From: Armatimonadota bacterium
Lineage (GTDB): Bacteria > Armatimonadota > Zipacnadia > Zipacnadales > UBA5352
NCBI GenBank assembly: GCA_034722055.1
Contig: JAYENL010000256.1
Coordinates: 744-64,743 of the forward strand
Direction of reading: 5' to 3'
Length of the DNA: 64,000 nt
Shown here piece after piece: positions 44,924 through 52,766 of this stretch. Positions within the stretch are counted from its first letter, which is position 1. Every line of letters starts with the position of its first letter. The position numbers and the translations under genes were made by a program. The notes under the pieces were generated by a model. That model was not told the origin of the DNA. It did no database searches and saw only the letters and a list, made by a program, of their open reading frames with translations.

Positions 44924-45802
44924 ATGACACGCTGGATGACGATGATGCTGGTCGCGGTTGTGGCGATGACACTCGCACCGCCGACAGGGGCCCAGGTGCA
45001 GGAGGGCCTCGAGGAGGCCGCAGAGACGCAGGAGCTGTTCCGGCGGGTCGAGATGTACGAGCAGCTCGGGGCCGGCCCCATGGAGGCGCTGGAGCTGGCC
45101 ATCATCACCTCGCGGAAGCTCGAGCCCACGCAGATGATGCTGCTGCTGTCGAGGATGCGCGGAGGCGGGTCGCTGGGCGGCTTGGAGCTGGCGGCTCTCA
45201 TGCACCAGCTCGGCGGTCGTGGCGGAACGGGCATCACGGCGCTCAACGGATCGCTGTTCGTGGCCGAGAACGGCTGGGTCTATCGCATCGATCCGGACAC
45301 GCTGGAGGTGCAGGACCGGCACCGTTATGCGCCCGAGGCCGGCGGGGCGATGTTCGTGCCGGAGGACGAGCGGCTGCTGGCGGCCGTCGATCAGTGGGCC
45401 CAGCGCAGCGCGCGCCTGTCGCACGTCAAGCAGCTCTGCATGGCGTGCCTTATGTACGCGCAGGATTGGGACATGCAGTTGCCGGGGCAAGACTGGGTCC
45501 AGGCGACCATGCCGTACCTGAAGAACCAGCAGGTCTACCAATCCCCGGCGCAGCCGGAGCTGCCCGTGGGCTACGCCCTCAATGAGAAGGTCTCCGGCGC
45601 CAACTACGACAATATCACGCGGCCGGCCGAGACCGTGATGCTCTTCGAGAGCAATGTGGGCGGCAGCAACCCGGTCGGTGGCGTGGATGCCGTGCCCGAG
45701 GCCGCCACACACGGGGAGGACGTGGCCGTGGGGTTCGTGGACGGGCACGCGAAGATGATCACGCCTCAGGCGCTGCGGGAGCTGCTGGGGCGCGACGAGT
45801 GA
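44924..45802 (+). CDS. Secreted protein with a DUF1559-type C-terminal domain but a classical signal peptide instead of a prepilin leader
   Basis: GGAGGG lies 7 nt before the ATG at 44924. Signal 'MTRWMTMMLVAVVAMTLAPPTGAQ'. 'SHVKQLCMACLMYAQDWDMQLPG' and the C-terminal 'DVAVGFVDGHAKMI' parallel the pseudopilin at 33104-33778. Confidence 0.6.
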   Translation: MTRWMTMMLVAVVAMTLAPPTGAQVQEGLEEAAETQELFRRVEMYEQLGAGPMEALELAIITSRKLEPTQMMLLLSRMRGGGSLGGLELAALMHQLGGRGGTGITALNGSLFVAENGWVYRIDPDTLEVQDRHRYAPEAGGAMFVPEDERLLAAVDQWAQRSARLSHVKQLCMACLMYAQDWDMQLPGQDWVQATMPYLKNQQVYQSPAQPELPVGYALNEKVSGANYDNITRPAETVMLFESNVGGSNPVGGVDAVPEAATHGEDVAVGFVDGHAKMITPQALRELLGRDE

Positions 45803-45840
45803 CGGGAGGAGCACGAAGGCGGCTATCTCGCGCCGGGTGA

Positions 45841-45948
45841 GGCTGCTGGAGCGTCCGGTTCGAGCTGGGAGGCAGCGATCTGGGCGCTGTGGCTGAGGAG
45901 TGCGCGAAGGGGGAGGAGAGGAAGCACCTCGCGCTGCAGCCTGAGTAG
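45841..45948 (+). pseudogene. Remnant 3' end of a second NifX-like gene
   Basis: Translates to '...RFELGGSDLGAVAEECAKGEERKHLALQPE*', against the intact gene's '...GVELIQNNLDAVAEECARGEERKHLVLQPE*'. An in-frame TGA at 45838-45840 bounds it upstream. Confidence 0.55.
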
Positions 45949-45977
45949 CTGGGTGAGGTAAGATGCCAGTGCAGCGA
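45889..45977 (+). repeat. Direct repeat copy 2 (decayed NifX-like 3' end + stop + functional methyltransferase start)
   Basis: See copy 1. This copy contains the TAG at 45946-45948 and the ATG at 45963 in the same spacing as TAG 44581 / ATG 44597. Confidence 0.8.
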
Positions 45978-46526
45978 GAGCAGATACGCTCCAGGATTGC
46001 AGACACGCTGGGGACGGTCGAGGCGGTGCTCGACGTGGGTTGCGGGAGTTGCGACCTGGTGCGCTTCCTGGCGCGCAGAGTAGCGCACGAGGCCGTGGGC
46101 ATCGACATCAACGGGCATACCGGCCACGAACACCTGCCCGGTGACGCCGATGGGAGCCCCCGGACGGCCCGCTGTCTGGAGATGGACGCGCGGCACATGG
46201 ATGAGCTGGGGGACGGCTGGTTCGACGCCGTGGTCAGCACCCACGCACTGCATGAGATAGCGGAGCCGATGAAGGCGCTGCAGGAGATGCGGCGGGTGCT
46301 CAAGCACGGCGGGACTCTCCTGATCGCCGACTTTGCGAAGGGCGAGAGACGGTGGAAGGAGCGCTACTTCACGCCCGGAGAGGTCGATGCGATGCTGCGC
46401 CAGGCGGGGTTCGCGGAGATCGATGTCGAGAAGGTCCCCGGCGAGCCGTTCATGTTCGCCACCGCCAGCAAGTTGGCCCCCCTGAATGCTGAGCCGAGTG
46501 GGGGACGCCAGCCCGGAGCCAGGTAG
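45963..46526 (+). CDS. Small class I SAM-dependent methyltransferase (Methyltransf_11/25-like)
   Basis: Motif I 'VLDVGCGSCDLVRFLA'. Motif II region 'FDAVVSTHALHEI'. Post-II 'LKHGGTLLIADF'. Confidence 0.8.
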   Translation: MPVQREQIRSRIADTLGTVEAVLDVGCGSCDLVRFLARRVAHEAVGIDINGHTGHEHLPGDADGSPRTARCLEMDARHMDELGDGWFDAVVSTHALHEIAEPMKALQEMRRVLKHGGTLLIADFAKGERRWKERYFTPGEVDAMLRQAGFAEIDVEKVPGEPFMFATASKLAPLNAEPSGGRQPGAR

Positions 46527-46651
46527 CCCGGGAGACGCACCTCATCGGGCCCGGCCGTTTGGCTTCGTCACCCCAATGCAGTGTTTCCATCATGTCTCCG
46601 TCATATTCTCCGCGTGCCGCCATTGCTTCACTTCCGCAACAGGCCCCCTGA

Positions 46652-46660
46652 TGCTATAAT
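46652..46660 (+). promoter_or_regulatory. Extended -10 promoter element TGcTATAAT upstream of the nine-gene operon
   Basis: A perfect TATAAT at 46655-46660 with TG at 46652-46653, in a locally AT-rich 214-nt intergenic region 81 nt before the ATG at 46741. No good -35. Confidence 0.4.
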
Positions 46661-46740
46661 CCCCTACAGGTGTGTGCAGCCCAGCGGCTCCGGGAGCCGG
46701 ATGGCGACCCCGGTCTGCGTGCCGCGGGACGGAGACGAGT

Positions 46741-47739
46741 ATGGCGCTGGCGACCGAGGCGGTGATTGAGACCCGAAGCCTGAGCAAGCACTACGGCCGC
46801 GTCAGGGCCGTTGACGGCCTGGACCTGAGCGTCCCGCGGGGCTCGCTGTTCGGCTTCCTGGGCCCCAACGGCGCCGGGAAGAGCACCACCATCCGGATGC
46901 TCACGGGCCTGGTGAGGCCCAGTTCCGGAGAGGCGCGCCTGCTGGGCGTGCCGCTGGGGGAGAGGCTGCGCGTCGGACGGCGGGTGGGGGCGCTGGTGGA
47001 GACCCCGGCGTTCTACCCCCACCTCACGGCCTGGCAGAACCTCCGACTGCTGGCCTCACTCTCGGGCGGAGCGCAGGAGGAAGAGCTGCAGGGGGCGCTG
47101 GAGGGCGTAGGGCTGCGCGAAGCGGCGCACCGGAAGGTGAGCACATTCTCACACGGGATGCGCCAGCGGCTGGGGATCGCCCAGGCGCTGGTGCCGCGGC
47201 CGGAGCTGCTGATCCTCGACGAGCCGGCCTCCGGCCTGGACCCCGAGGGTCTGGCGGAGGTGCGCCGGATGCTGGTGGAGCTGCAGGAGGAGGGCATCAC
47301 CGTCTTCCTCTCCAGCCACCTGCTGTCGGAGGTGGAGCAGACCTGCACCCACGTGGCGGTGATCATGAACGGGCAGGTGATAGCCCGGGGCGAGGTGGGC
47401 GGGATGCTGGAGGGAGCGAGGCCCCGCACCAGGTTCGTGGTCGATGATCCGGCGCGGGCGCTGGCGGCCCTCGAGGGCGTCGCGGACATCGACGCCGAGG
47501 TCATCGACGACCGGACCATGGAGGCCGCCGCGGACGAGCTCACCAGCGCCGACATCAACGAGATGCTGGTCAAGGCCGGGGTGCGTGTGCATGAGCTTAC
47601 GCCGGCCCGCCGCAGCCTGGAGAGCTTCTACATGGAGGCGGTCCGCGAGTGGCAGGGCGGCGCTGCCGGCGAGGGGCGGGGCCCGGCGCCGGAACTCGAC
47701 GGGGGCATACAGGGGTCTAAGGGGACGGGCATGGCATGA
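46741..47739 (+). CDS. ABC transporter ATP-binding protein (ABC-2/DrrA-like subfamily)
   Basis: Walker A 'GPNGAGKSTT'. Q-loop. Signature-like 'FSHGMRQRLGIAQAL'. Walker B 'LLILDEPASGLDP'. H-loop 'FLSSHLL'. Confidence 0.9.
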   Translation: MALATEAVIETRSLSKHYGRVRAVDGLDLSVPRGSLFGFLGPNGAGKSTTIRMLTGLVRPSSGEARLLGVPLGERLRVGRRVGALVETPAFYPHLTAWQNLRLLASLSGGAQEEELQGALEGVGLREAAHRKVSTFSHGMRQRLGIAQALVPRPELLILDEPASGLDPEGLAEVRRMLVELQEEGITVFLSSHLLSEVEQTCTHVAVIMNGQVIARGEVGGMLEGARPRTRFVVDDPARALAALEGVADIDAEVIDDRTMEAAADELTSADINEMLVKAGVRVHELTPARRSLESFYMEAVREWQGGAAGEGRGPAPELDGGIQGSKGTGMA

Positions 47740-48566
47740 GCCTGGCGGCGCTGCGGAGCGAGCTGAGCAAGCTCTATCGCCAGCGCGTGACCTATGCCAG
47801 CTTCGGGGTGATTCTGGTGCTGGTGGCGCTGATCACCTGGGGGAGTCATCACCAGCGGGAGCGCCTGGACGTGGGTGAGCGTATCGGCGCGGAGTTCGTG
47901 GTGGCCGGAAAGACGGTGACCTCGCTGTTCGTGGCGCAGGCGGTGATGGACCCGGCGCTGATGGTGCTGGCGCCGGTGCTGGTGGCGGTGACGGCCGGGG
48001 CCCTGGTCGCGGGCGAGCGGCAGCTCGGGACGCTGCGAACGCTGCTGTCGCGGCCGGTCCCACGGCTGTCGGTCCTGGCGGCGAAGCTGATCGCCAGTTG
48101 GAGCTGGGCGATCCTGCTGACGCTGTTCCTGGGGCTGTCGGCGCTGGGACTGGGCTACGCGGTGTTCGGCTGGGGCGATCTGGTCATCTTTCGCGGCGGC
48201 CTGACCATCCTGGAGCCCAACACCGGCCTCATCAGGGTGTCGGAGGCCTACGGCCTGGCCTGCGTTTCGATGTGCGTGGTGGCGACGTGGGGGCTGATGC
48301 TCTCGGCGATCTTCGATAACGCCATGACGGCGGCCGGGCTCACCGTGGCCGTTTTCCTGGGTAGCGGGACCGTGGCCGCCATGCCCTACTTCGAGTCCAT
48401 CCGGCCCTACCTGGTGACCACGCACATGACGCTATACAGGGATGTGCTGAGCACGAGCATCGACTACGGGGCGCTGTGGACCTCGGCGCAGTACCTGGCG
48501 GCGTATACGCTGGGAGCGGCGGCGGTCGCGGCCCTGGTTTTCGCTCGGAGGGACGTGACGTGTTGA
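47736..48566 (+). CDS. ABC-2-type transporter permease (six predicted TM helices)
   Basis: ATGA overlap with the ATPase stop. Hydrophobic segments throughout (for example 'ASFGVILVLVALITW', 'LMVLAPVLVAVTAGALVAG', 'WAILLTLFLGLSALGLGYAVFGW'). Confidence 0.75.
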   Translation: MSLAALRSELSKLYRQRVTYASFGVILVLVALITWGSHHQRERLDVGERIGAEFVVAGKTVTSLFVAQAVMDPALMVLAPVLVAVTAGALVAGERQLGTLRTLLSRPVPRLSVLAAKLIASWSWAILLTLFLGLSALGLGYAVFGWGDLVIFRGGLTILEPNTGLIRVSEAYGLACVSMCVVATWGLMLSAIFDNAMTAAGLTVAVFLGSGTVAAMPYFESIRPYLVTTHMTLYRDVLSTSIDYGALWTSAQYLAAYTLGAAAVAALVFARRDVTC

Positions 48567-49204
48567 GGCGAGTGAGCATAGCACTGGCGGCGGTGGCGGT
48601 CTGTGCCGCGCCGGTCGCGGCGGAGACGGCCATGGAGATGCTGCAGCGGGCGCTGCGGGCCACGCAGCCGGTGCAGGACTACACCGCCGACGTGCAGGTC
48701 ACCGTGGATGCGCCCGACCTGCAGATCCCCAGGCGCACCGTGAAGGTCTACTACAAGCGCCCCGACAAGGTCCACGTGGAGTCCGACGGCATCGCCGTGT
48801 TACCCCGGGACGCGCTGCTGATGGGGAATCTGGCGGAGCACATCGACCAGTTCGCGCAGGCCAGCTTCAACGGCTCGGGGACCATCGCGGGCCGCCCGGT
48901 GCGGTGCATCAAGCTCTCGCCCCTGGAGCCGGGGCCGGGCAGCGGCCGGGTGCTGGTGTGGATCGACTCCCAGCGGCATCTGCTGCGCAAGAGCGAGGTC
49001 TGGCGCGGGGGGCGGGCGGCGCTGACGGTCCGCTTCGACTGGACGCTCGTTGACGGCCGCTGGTGGCTGCCCGAACACATTGTTACGACGCTGGCCCCGG
49101 GGGCGCTGACGGGAAAGGACGAGGGCGGGCGCTTCGAGCTGAAGTTCTCGAGCTATCGCGTGAACCGGGGCCTCCCCGACAGCCTCTTCACGGAGGGTGG
49201 GTGA
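48560..49204 (+). CDS. Secreted LolA-like / outer-membrane-lipoprotein-sorting-like protein
   Basis: GTG at 48560 has GGAGGG 7 nt upstream and overlaps the permease stop. Signal 'RRVSIALAAVAVCAAPVAAETA'. 'MEMLQRALRATQPVQDYTADVQVTV...VKVYYKRPDKVHVESDG' is typical of LolA/LppX-fold proteins. Confidence 0.55.
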   Translation: MLRRVSIALAAVAVCAAPVAAETAMEMLQRALRATQPVQDYTADVQVTVDAPDLQIPRRTVKVYYKRPDKVHVESDGIAVLPRDALLMGNLAEHIDQFAQASFNGSGTIAGRPVRCIKLSPLEPGPGSGRVLVWIDSQRHLLRKSEVWRGGRAALTVRFDWTLVDGRWWLPEHIVTTLAPGALTGKDEGGRFELKFSSYRVNRGLPDSLFTEGG

Positions 49205-50040
49205 TCGCTTCGCGGAACACGCGCGAGCTGCGGATGGGCTGCCGGCGCGGCAACGTTCCCGCGCTGGATGCCCTGCTGTACCAGTGCGCGGACGGCATGT
49301 ACGCCATGGCGCTGTCGGCGGTGCCGGATGAGGAGGCCGCGCAGGAGGTGGTGCGCGAGGTGTGGCGGAGGCTGCTGTCGGCGCTCCAGGGGCCACGCTT
49401 CGGTCGCGATCCCGTCCAGCGTCTGTGGCGTATCACCGAGCGGGTGCTCGCGGAGCGGGTCGGCGCCGCCGAGGCCCGGGCGGCGCGACGGGCCGTGACG
49501 GCCGAGGACGGCTCCGTGGGCCTGGAGGGCGTGCGGCTGCCGCGGGAGGTCCTTGAGGAGCTCTCCGAGGCCTCGGAGGCGGCCGCCGGTGCTATCGGAG
49601 CACGCTGGCGGATGCGCCGGCACATCATGCGGGGCGGCATCGCGGCCCTGTTCCTCGTGGCCGTCGCAGTGTGGGCGGCCGTTCTGGTACAGCGAGCCCG
49701 CGCCAGTCACGATCTCGAGCAGCTCCAGTACGAGTGCCTCCGCCAGCGCATCATCCGCCAGGATCTTGCGACTGCGATGCGCGTGGTCAGCTTCCAGCTC
49801 GATGACCCGACCGGCGCGGACAGGGAGGCCGCCGCCGACTGCGAGCGCGTCCTGCTGATCCTGGAGGAGATCGCCAACAACGAGTCCCTGCGCCAGGTCC
49901 ACAACCTGCGCTACATCCGCCAGCGGGTGCGCAAGCATGACCTGCCCGGCTTCGTGCGCTCGCTGGAGGAGACCTTTCCGGAGATGGGCCACTCTCTGCC
50001 GCGGGTGGCGCTGGCGCTGGAGGAGGTGCAGAATCTATGA
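49201..50040 (+). CDS. Single-pass membrane protein with an N-terminal sigma-70 region-2-like segment and no recognisable region 4
   Basis: GTGA overlap with the upstream stop. 'NVPALDALLYQCADGMYAMALSAVPDEEAAQEVVREVWRRLLSAL' resembles ECF sigma region 2. TM helix 'GGIAALFLVAVAVWAAVLV'. Helical C-terminal domain. Confidence 0.5.
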   Translation: MIASRNTRELRMGCRRGNVPALDALLYQCADGMYAMALSAVPDEEAAQEVVREVWRRLLSALQGPRFGRDPVQRLWRITERVLAERVGAAEARAARRAVTAEDGSVGLEGVRLPREVLEELSEASEAAAGAIGARWRMRRHIMRGGIAALFLVAVAVWAAVLVQRARASHDLEQLQYECLRQRIIRQDLATAMRVVSFQLDDPTGADREAAADCERVLLILEEIANNESLRQVHNLRYIRQRVRKHDLPGFVRSLEETFPEMGHSLPRVALALEEVQNL

Positions 50041-51728
50041 GGCGGCTGGCCGCGGTCCTGCTGCTGCTTGCAGTGCTGGCGGGCTGCTCCTCGAATGCCG
50101 AGCGCCTCTACCGCCGCGCGGAGGCCTTCCTGGCCCAGGGGCAGGTGGAGATGGCCGCCGACGAGTATCGGCGGCTGGCCCGCGAGCATCCTCGCAGCCC
50201 TCTCGCCGATGACGCGCTCTACAAGCTGGCCTACCTCTACGCCGAGGAGATGGACAGGCCCTCCGCGGCGCTGATACAGTACCGGGCGTTGGCCGACACC
50301 TACCCCTCCAGCCCCTACGCCGACGACGCGCTCATGCGCGTGATGGCCATCCAGCGCGAGGCCCTTGGAGACCCTGGGGCGGTGAAGGTTACCTGGGAGG
50401 AGCTACGGGAGCGGTTCGACGACCGCCGGGAGCTGTGCGCCCGGGGGATGCTGGAGGTGGCGCGCGCCTACTTCGAGGCCGAGCAGTACGCCCTGGCGGC
50501 CGCCACCGCCGGAGACCTGCGGAAGCGCTACCCCCGGCAGGAGAGCGAGTGCGCGCAGGCGGCGCTGCTGTCGGCCCGAGCCTCGGAGCGCACGGGTGGT
50601 GACCCCGCGGAGGTGGAGCGGCTCTTTGAGGAGGTCATTGAGGGCTATCCTGACAGCCACGCCGCCGCCATGGCCAAGCGCAGCATTGGGAGGATAATGT
50701 ACGAGAGGCGCGAGGAGGATGCGCAGCAGCGGGCCGAGGAGCTGCAGCGGCGCTCGCGGCTGATCGACGGGGTCCCGGCCCACGCATCACGCGACGGGGA
50801 GCTGCTGCAGGCCCTGGCGGCCCTGCGCTCGGCCCTGGCCCATCGCGGCGAGAGGCGCTCGCTGGAGGAGCTGGTAGCCTTCTCGGGGGCGGCCTTCACG
50901 ATCGTCTTCGACCCCCAGCAGCCCGCGCTGGGCCGCCGCGCGCTGGAGGAGAGCCCCTTCGAGGTGGTTGCCGAGATTCTCGGCTTCGCCGACAACGTGT
51001 GGTCGGGCACCGGCGCCGAGCAGGCCTTCGAAACCGTCCACCAGGCGCTGTTGCAGGGCCACCCGGTGCTGGTGCGGCACGGCTCCGCCGGCCGCTGGGT
51101 GATCGTGACGGGCTATGACATGACCAAGGAGCAGGTCTCCTACCTGCCGCCGGCTCGGGAGGGCTATGCCAGCATGGCGCGGGATCGGTTCCTGGAGGGC
51201 TGGAAGGCCGCCAGCGGCTCGGGGTCGGGCGTGGCCGGGCCGCAGCGCTACTACCAGTTCTCGCTGGGCGCGCGCATGGACAGTCCCGGCCACCGGGCGG
51301 TGCTGGAGGCCGCGGTGCGGCGGGCCGCGGAGGTGATGCGCCTGCGCACGGTCGCCGGCGCCCCCGCCGGTGCGAACGCCTGGGAGCAGATCGGAGCCCA
51401 TCTGGAGCTGTGCATGAATCCCGAGACACCCGGAGTGCGCGAGCAGGCGCTGCGGTGGCGGGAGGCCGGCCTGCAGCCGCACCTGACGCTGGCCGCCATG
51501 GGGACGGCCATGCTTCGGCACGCAGCAGACACGCTGCCCGGCGCCGGCGACATCGGGGAGAGGCACCAGGAGCTGGTTCAGGAGGCCACGCTGCTGGGGC
51601 GCAAGATCGACGAGGCAGCCGAGAGCGGCGAGGCCGCCAAGTGGCAGGCGGCGGCCGCCCAGGCGAACTACGTGGCGGCGCTACACATCCGCCTCGCCGA
51701 GGACCTGGCCGACGCCGCGGGCGGGTGA
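50037..51728 (+). CDS. Lipoprotein with a BamD/YbgF-like TPR N-terminal half and a BtrH-N/peptidase-C39-like C-terminal half
   Basis: ATGA overlap. Lipobox 'LAVLAGCSS'. 'AERLYRRAEAFLAQGQVEMAADEYRRLAREHPRSPLADDALYKLAYLY...YPSSPYADDAL'. C-terminal 'LLQGHPVLVRHGSAGRWVIVTGYDMTKEQVSYLPP'. Confidence 0.6.
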   Translation: MRRLAAVLLLLAVLAGCSSNAERLYRRAEAFLAQGQVEMAADEYRRLAREHPRSPLADDALYKLAYLYAEEMDRPSAALIQYRALADTYPSSPYADDALMRVMAIQREALGDPGAVKVTWEELRERFDDRRELCARGMLEVARAYFEAEQYALAAATAGDLRKRYPRQESECAQAALLSARASERTGGDPAEVERLFEEVIEGYPDSHAAAMAKRSIGRIMYERREEDAQQRAEELQRRSRLIDGVPAHASRDGELLQALAALRSALAHRGERRSLEELVAFSGAAFTIVFDPQQPALGRRALEESPFEVVAEILGFADNVWSGTGAEQAFETVHQALLQGHPVLVRHGSAGRWVIVTGYDMTKEQVSYLPPAREGYASMARDRFLEGWKAASGSGSGVAGPQRYYQFSLGARMDSPGHRAVLEAAVRRAAEVMRLRTVAGAPAGANAWEQIGAHLELCMNPETPGVREQALRWREAGLQPHLTLAAMGTAMLRHAADTLPGAGDIGERHQELVQEATLLGRKIDEAAESGEAAKWQAAAAQANYVAALHIRLAEDLADAAGG

Positions 51729-52760
51729 ATGAGCGGACAACTGCAGGCTCGACGGCCCGGAGGACGAGGACTGATGCTCCCGAAGCGCCTGCGAAGGCGT
51801 CTGCGACAACTGGATGACGGCCCGGCGGAGCCGCCCCAAGAGGCGCCGGAGCGGGAGGAAGCGGCTGCCGACGATGGCGCCGGCTCGGGTGGGGATGCGG
51901 AGCGCTCCGCGGCGGTGCGCGCGGGCGAGCCCGGCGCGTCGCGGGAGCGTCTGGCCGAGCAGGCGCACAGATTGCGGGAATCTCGGCCCCCGCCGGAGGC
52001 GTCGAGGTCACGGGAGATCGAGCCGCCGAGCGGCCCGCTTGAGGACCTGGTGCCGGGCGAGAGCATCGAGGGCGAGCATGGCAGCTACTGGCTGGTGCAG
52101 GGCGCTGCGGCGGAGCTCCTGCCGCACGGCCCGGACGTGCTGGCGGACCTCGAGCGGGTCGTCGCCTCCATCGACGCGGCCGAGAAGGGCTATCTGGCCC
52201 ACCTGCGAGGCGTGCCGCCGAGGCATCTGGCGCTGCTGGACACCGAGACGGGCGGGCTGTCGTCGGCTCCGGTCTTTCTGGTGGGGATGATCCTCTGGGA
52301 GAGCGACGCCGCCGGTGAGGCGCTGTCGGTGCAGATGCTTGCGCGAGACTACGCCGAGGAGCGGGCGGTGCTGGCGGAGGGGGCGAGGCTGCTGGCCGGC
52401 CGGCGCGTGCTGATGACATACAACGGGCGCTCCTTCGACATCCCCATGATGCGCGAGCGGATGATCTACCATGCTCTGGGCGCGTGCCCCGAGCCTCCGG
52501 CGCACGTGGACCTGCTTCACGCCATTCGCGCGCGGTTCCGCGGGCGCTGGGAGGACTGCAGGCTGCAGACCGTCGAGAGGCACCTGTGCGGTCGGTCGCG
52601 CTGGGCGGACATCGATGGCGCGGAGATCCCCGAGGCCTGGCACCAGTTCGTGCATACCGGGGACGCCGGGCGGATGGCACAGGTGCTGGAGCACAATCGG
52701 TTGGACCTGATCACCATGCTCGAGGTCCTGCCCTACCTGATGGACCCCGACTGCGAATAG
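51729..52760 (+). CDS. YprB-like RNase-H-fold 3'-5' exonuclease domain protein (RNase_H_2, PF13482-like) with a ~150-aa disordered R/E/P-rich N-terminus
   Basis: The ATG directly abuts the upstream TGA. 'LALLDTETGGLSSAPVFLVGMI', 'VLMTYNGRSFDIPMMRERM', 'HVDLLHAIRARF', 'LEHNRLDLITMLEVL' match the DEDD-like motifs of this family. Confidence 0.7.
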   Translation: MSGQLQARRPGGRGLMLPKRLRRRLRQLDDGPAEPPQEAPEREEAAADDGAGSGGDAERSAAVRAGEPGASRERLAEQAHRLRESRPPPEASRSREIEPPSGPLEDLVPGESIEGEHGSYWLVQGAAAELLPHGPDVLADLERVVASIDAAEKGYLAHLRGVPPRHLALLDTETGGLSSAPVFLVGMILWESDAAGEALSVQMLARDYAEERAVLAEGARLLAGRRVLMTYNGRSFDIPMMRERMIYHALGACPEPPAHVDLLHAIRARFRGRWEDCRLQTVERHLCGRSRWADIDGAEIPEAWHQFVHTGDAGRMAQVLEHNRLDLITMLEVLPYLMDPDCE

Positions 52761-52766
52761 AGGGAA

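Noticed and set aside
44524-45977. The 88-nt direct repeats as target-site duplications of a transposon.
   Set aside because: They are far too long and about 10% diverged for a TSD. No transposase, integrase or terminal inverted repeats lie between them. Junction duplication/recombination is the better reading.
50896-52680. 594-aa minus-strand ORF (also 53205-54713, 54455-55753, 44813-46303 and 43735-44751) opposite the nine-gene operon and the ArsR locus.
   Set aside because: Extreme Arg/Pro/Ala composition, no SD, and antisense to genes with recognisable Walker, TPR, RNase-H and Rossmann motifs. These are shadow ORFs.
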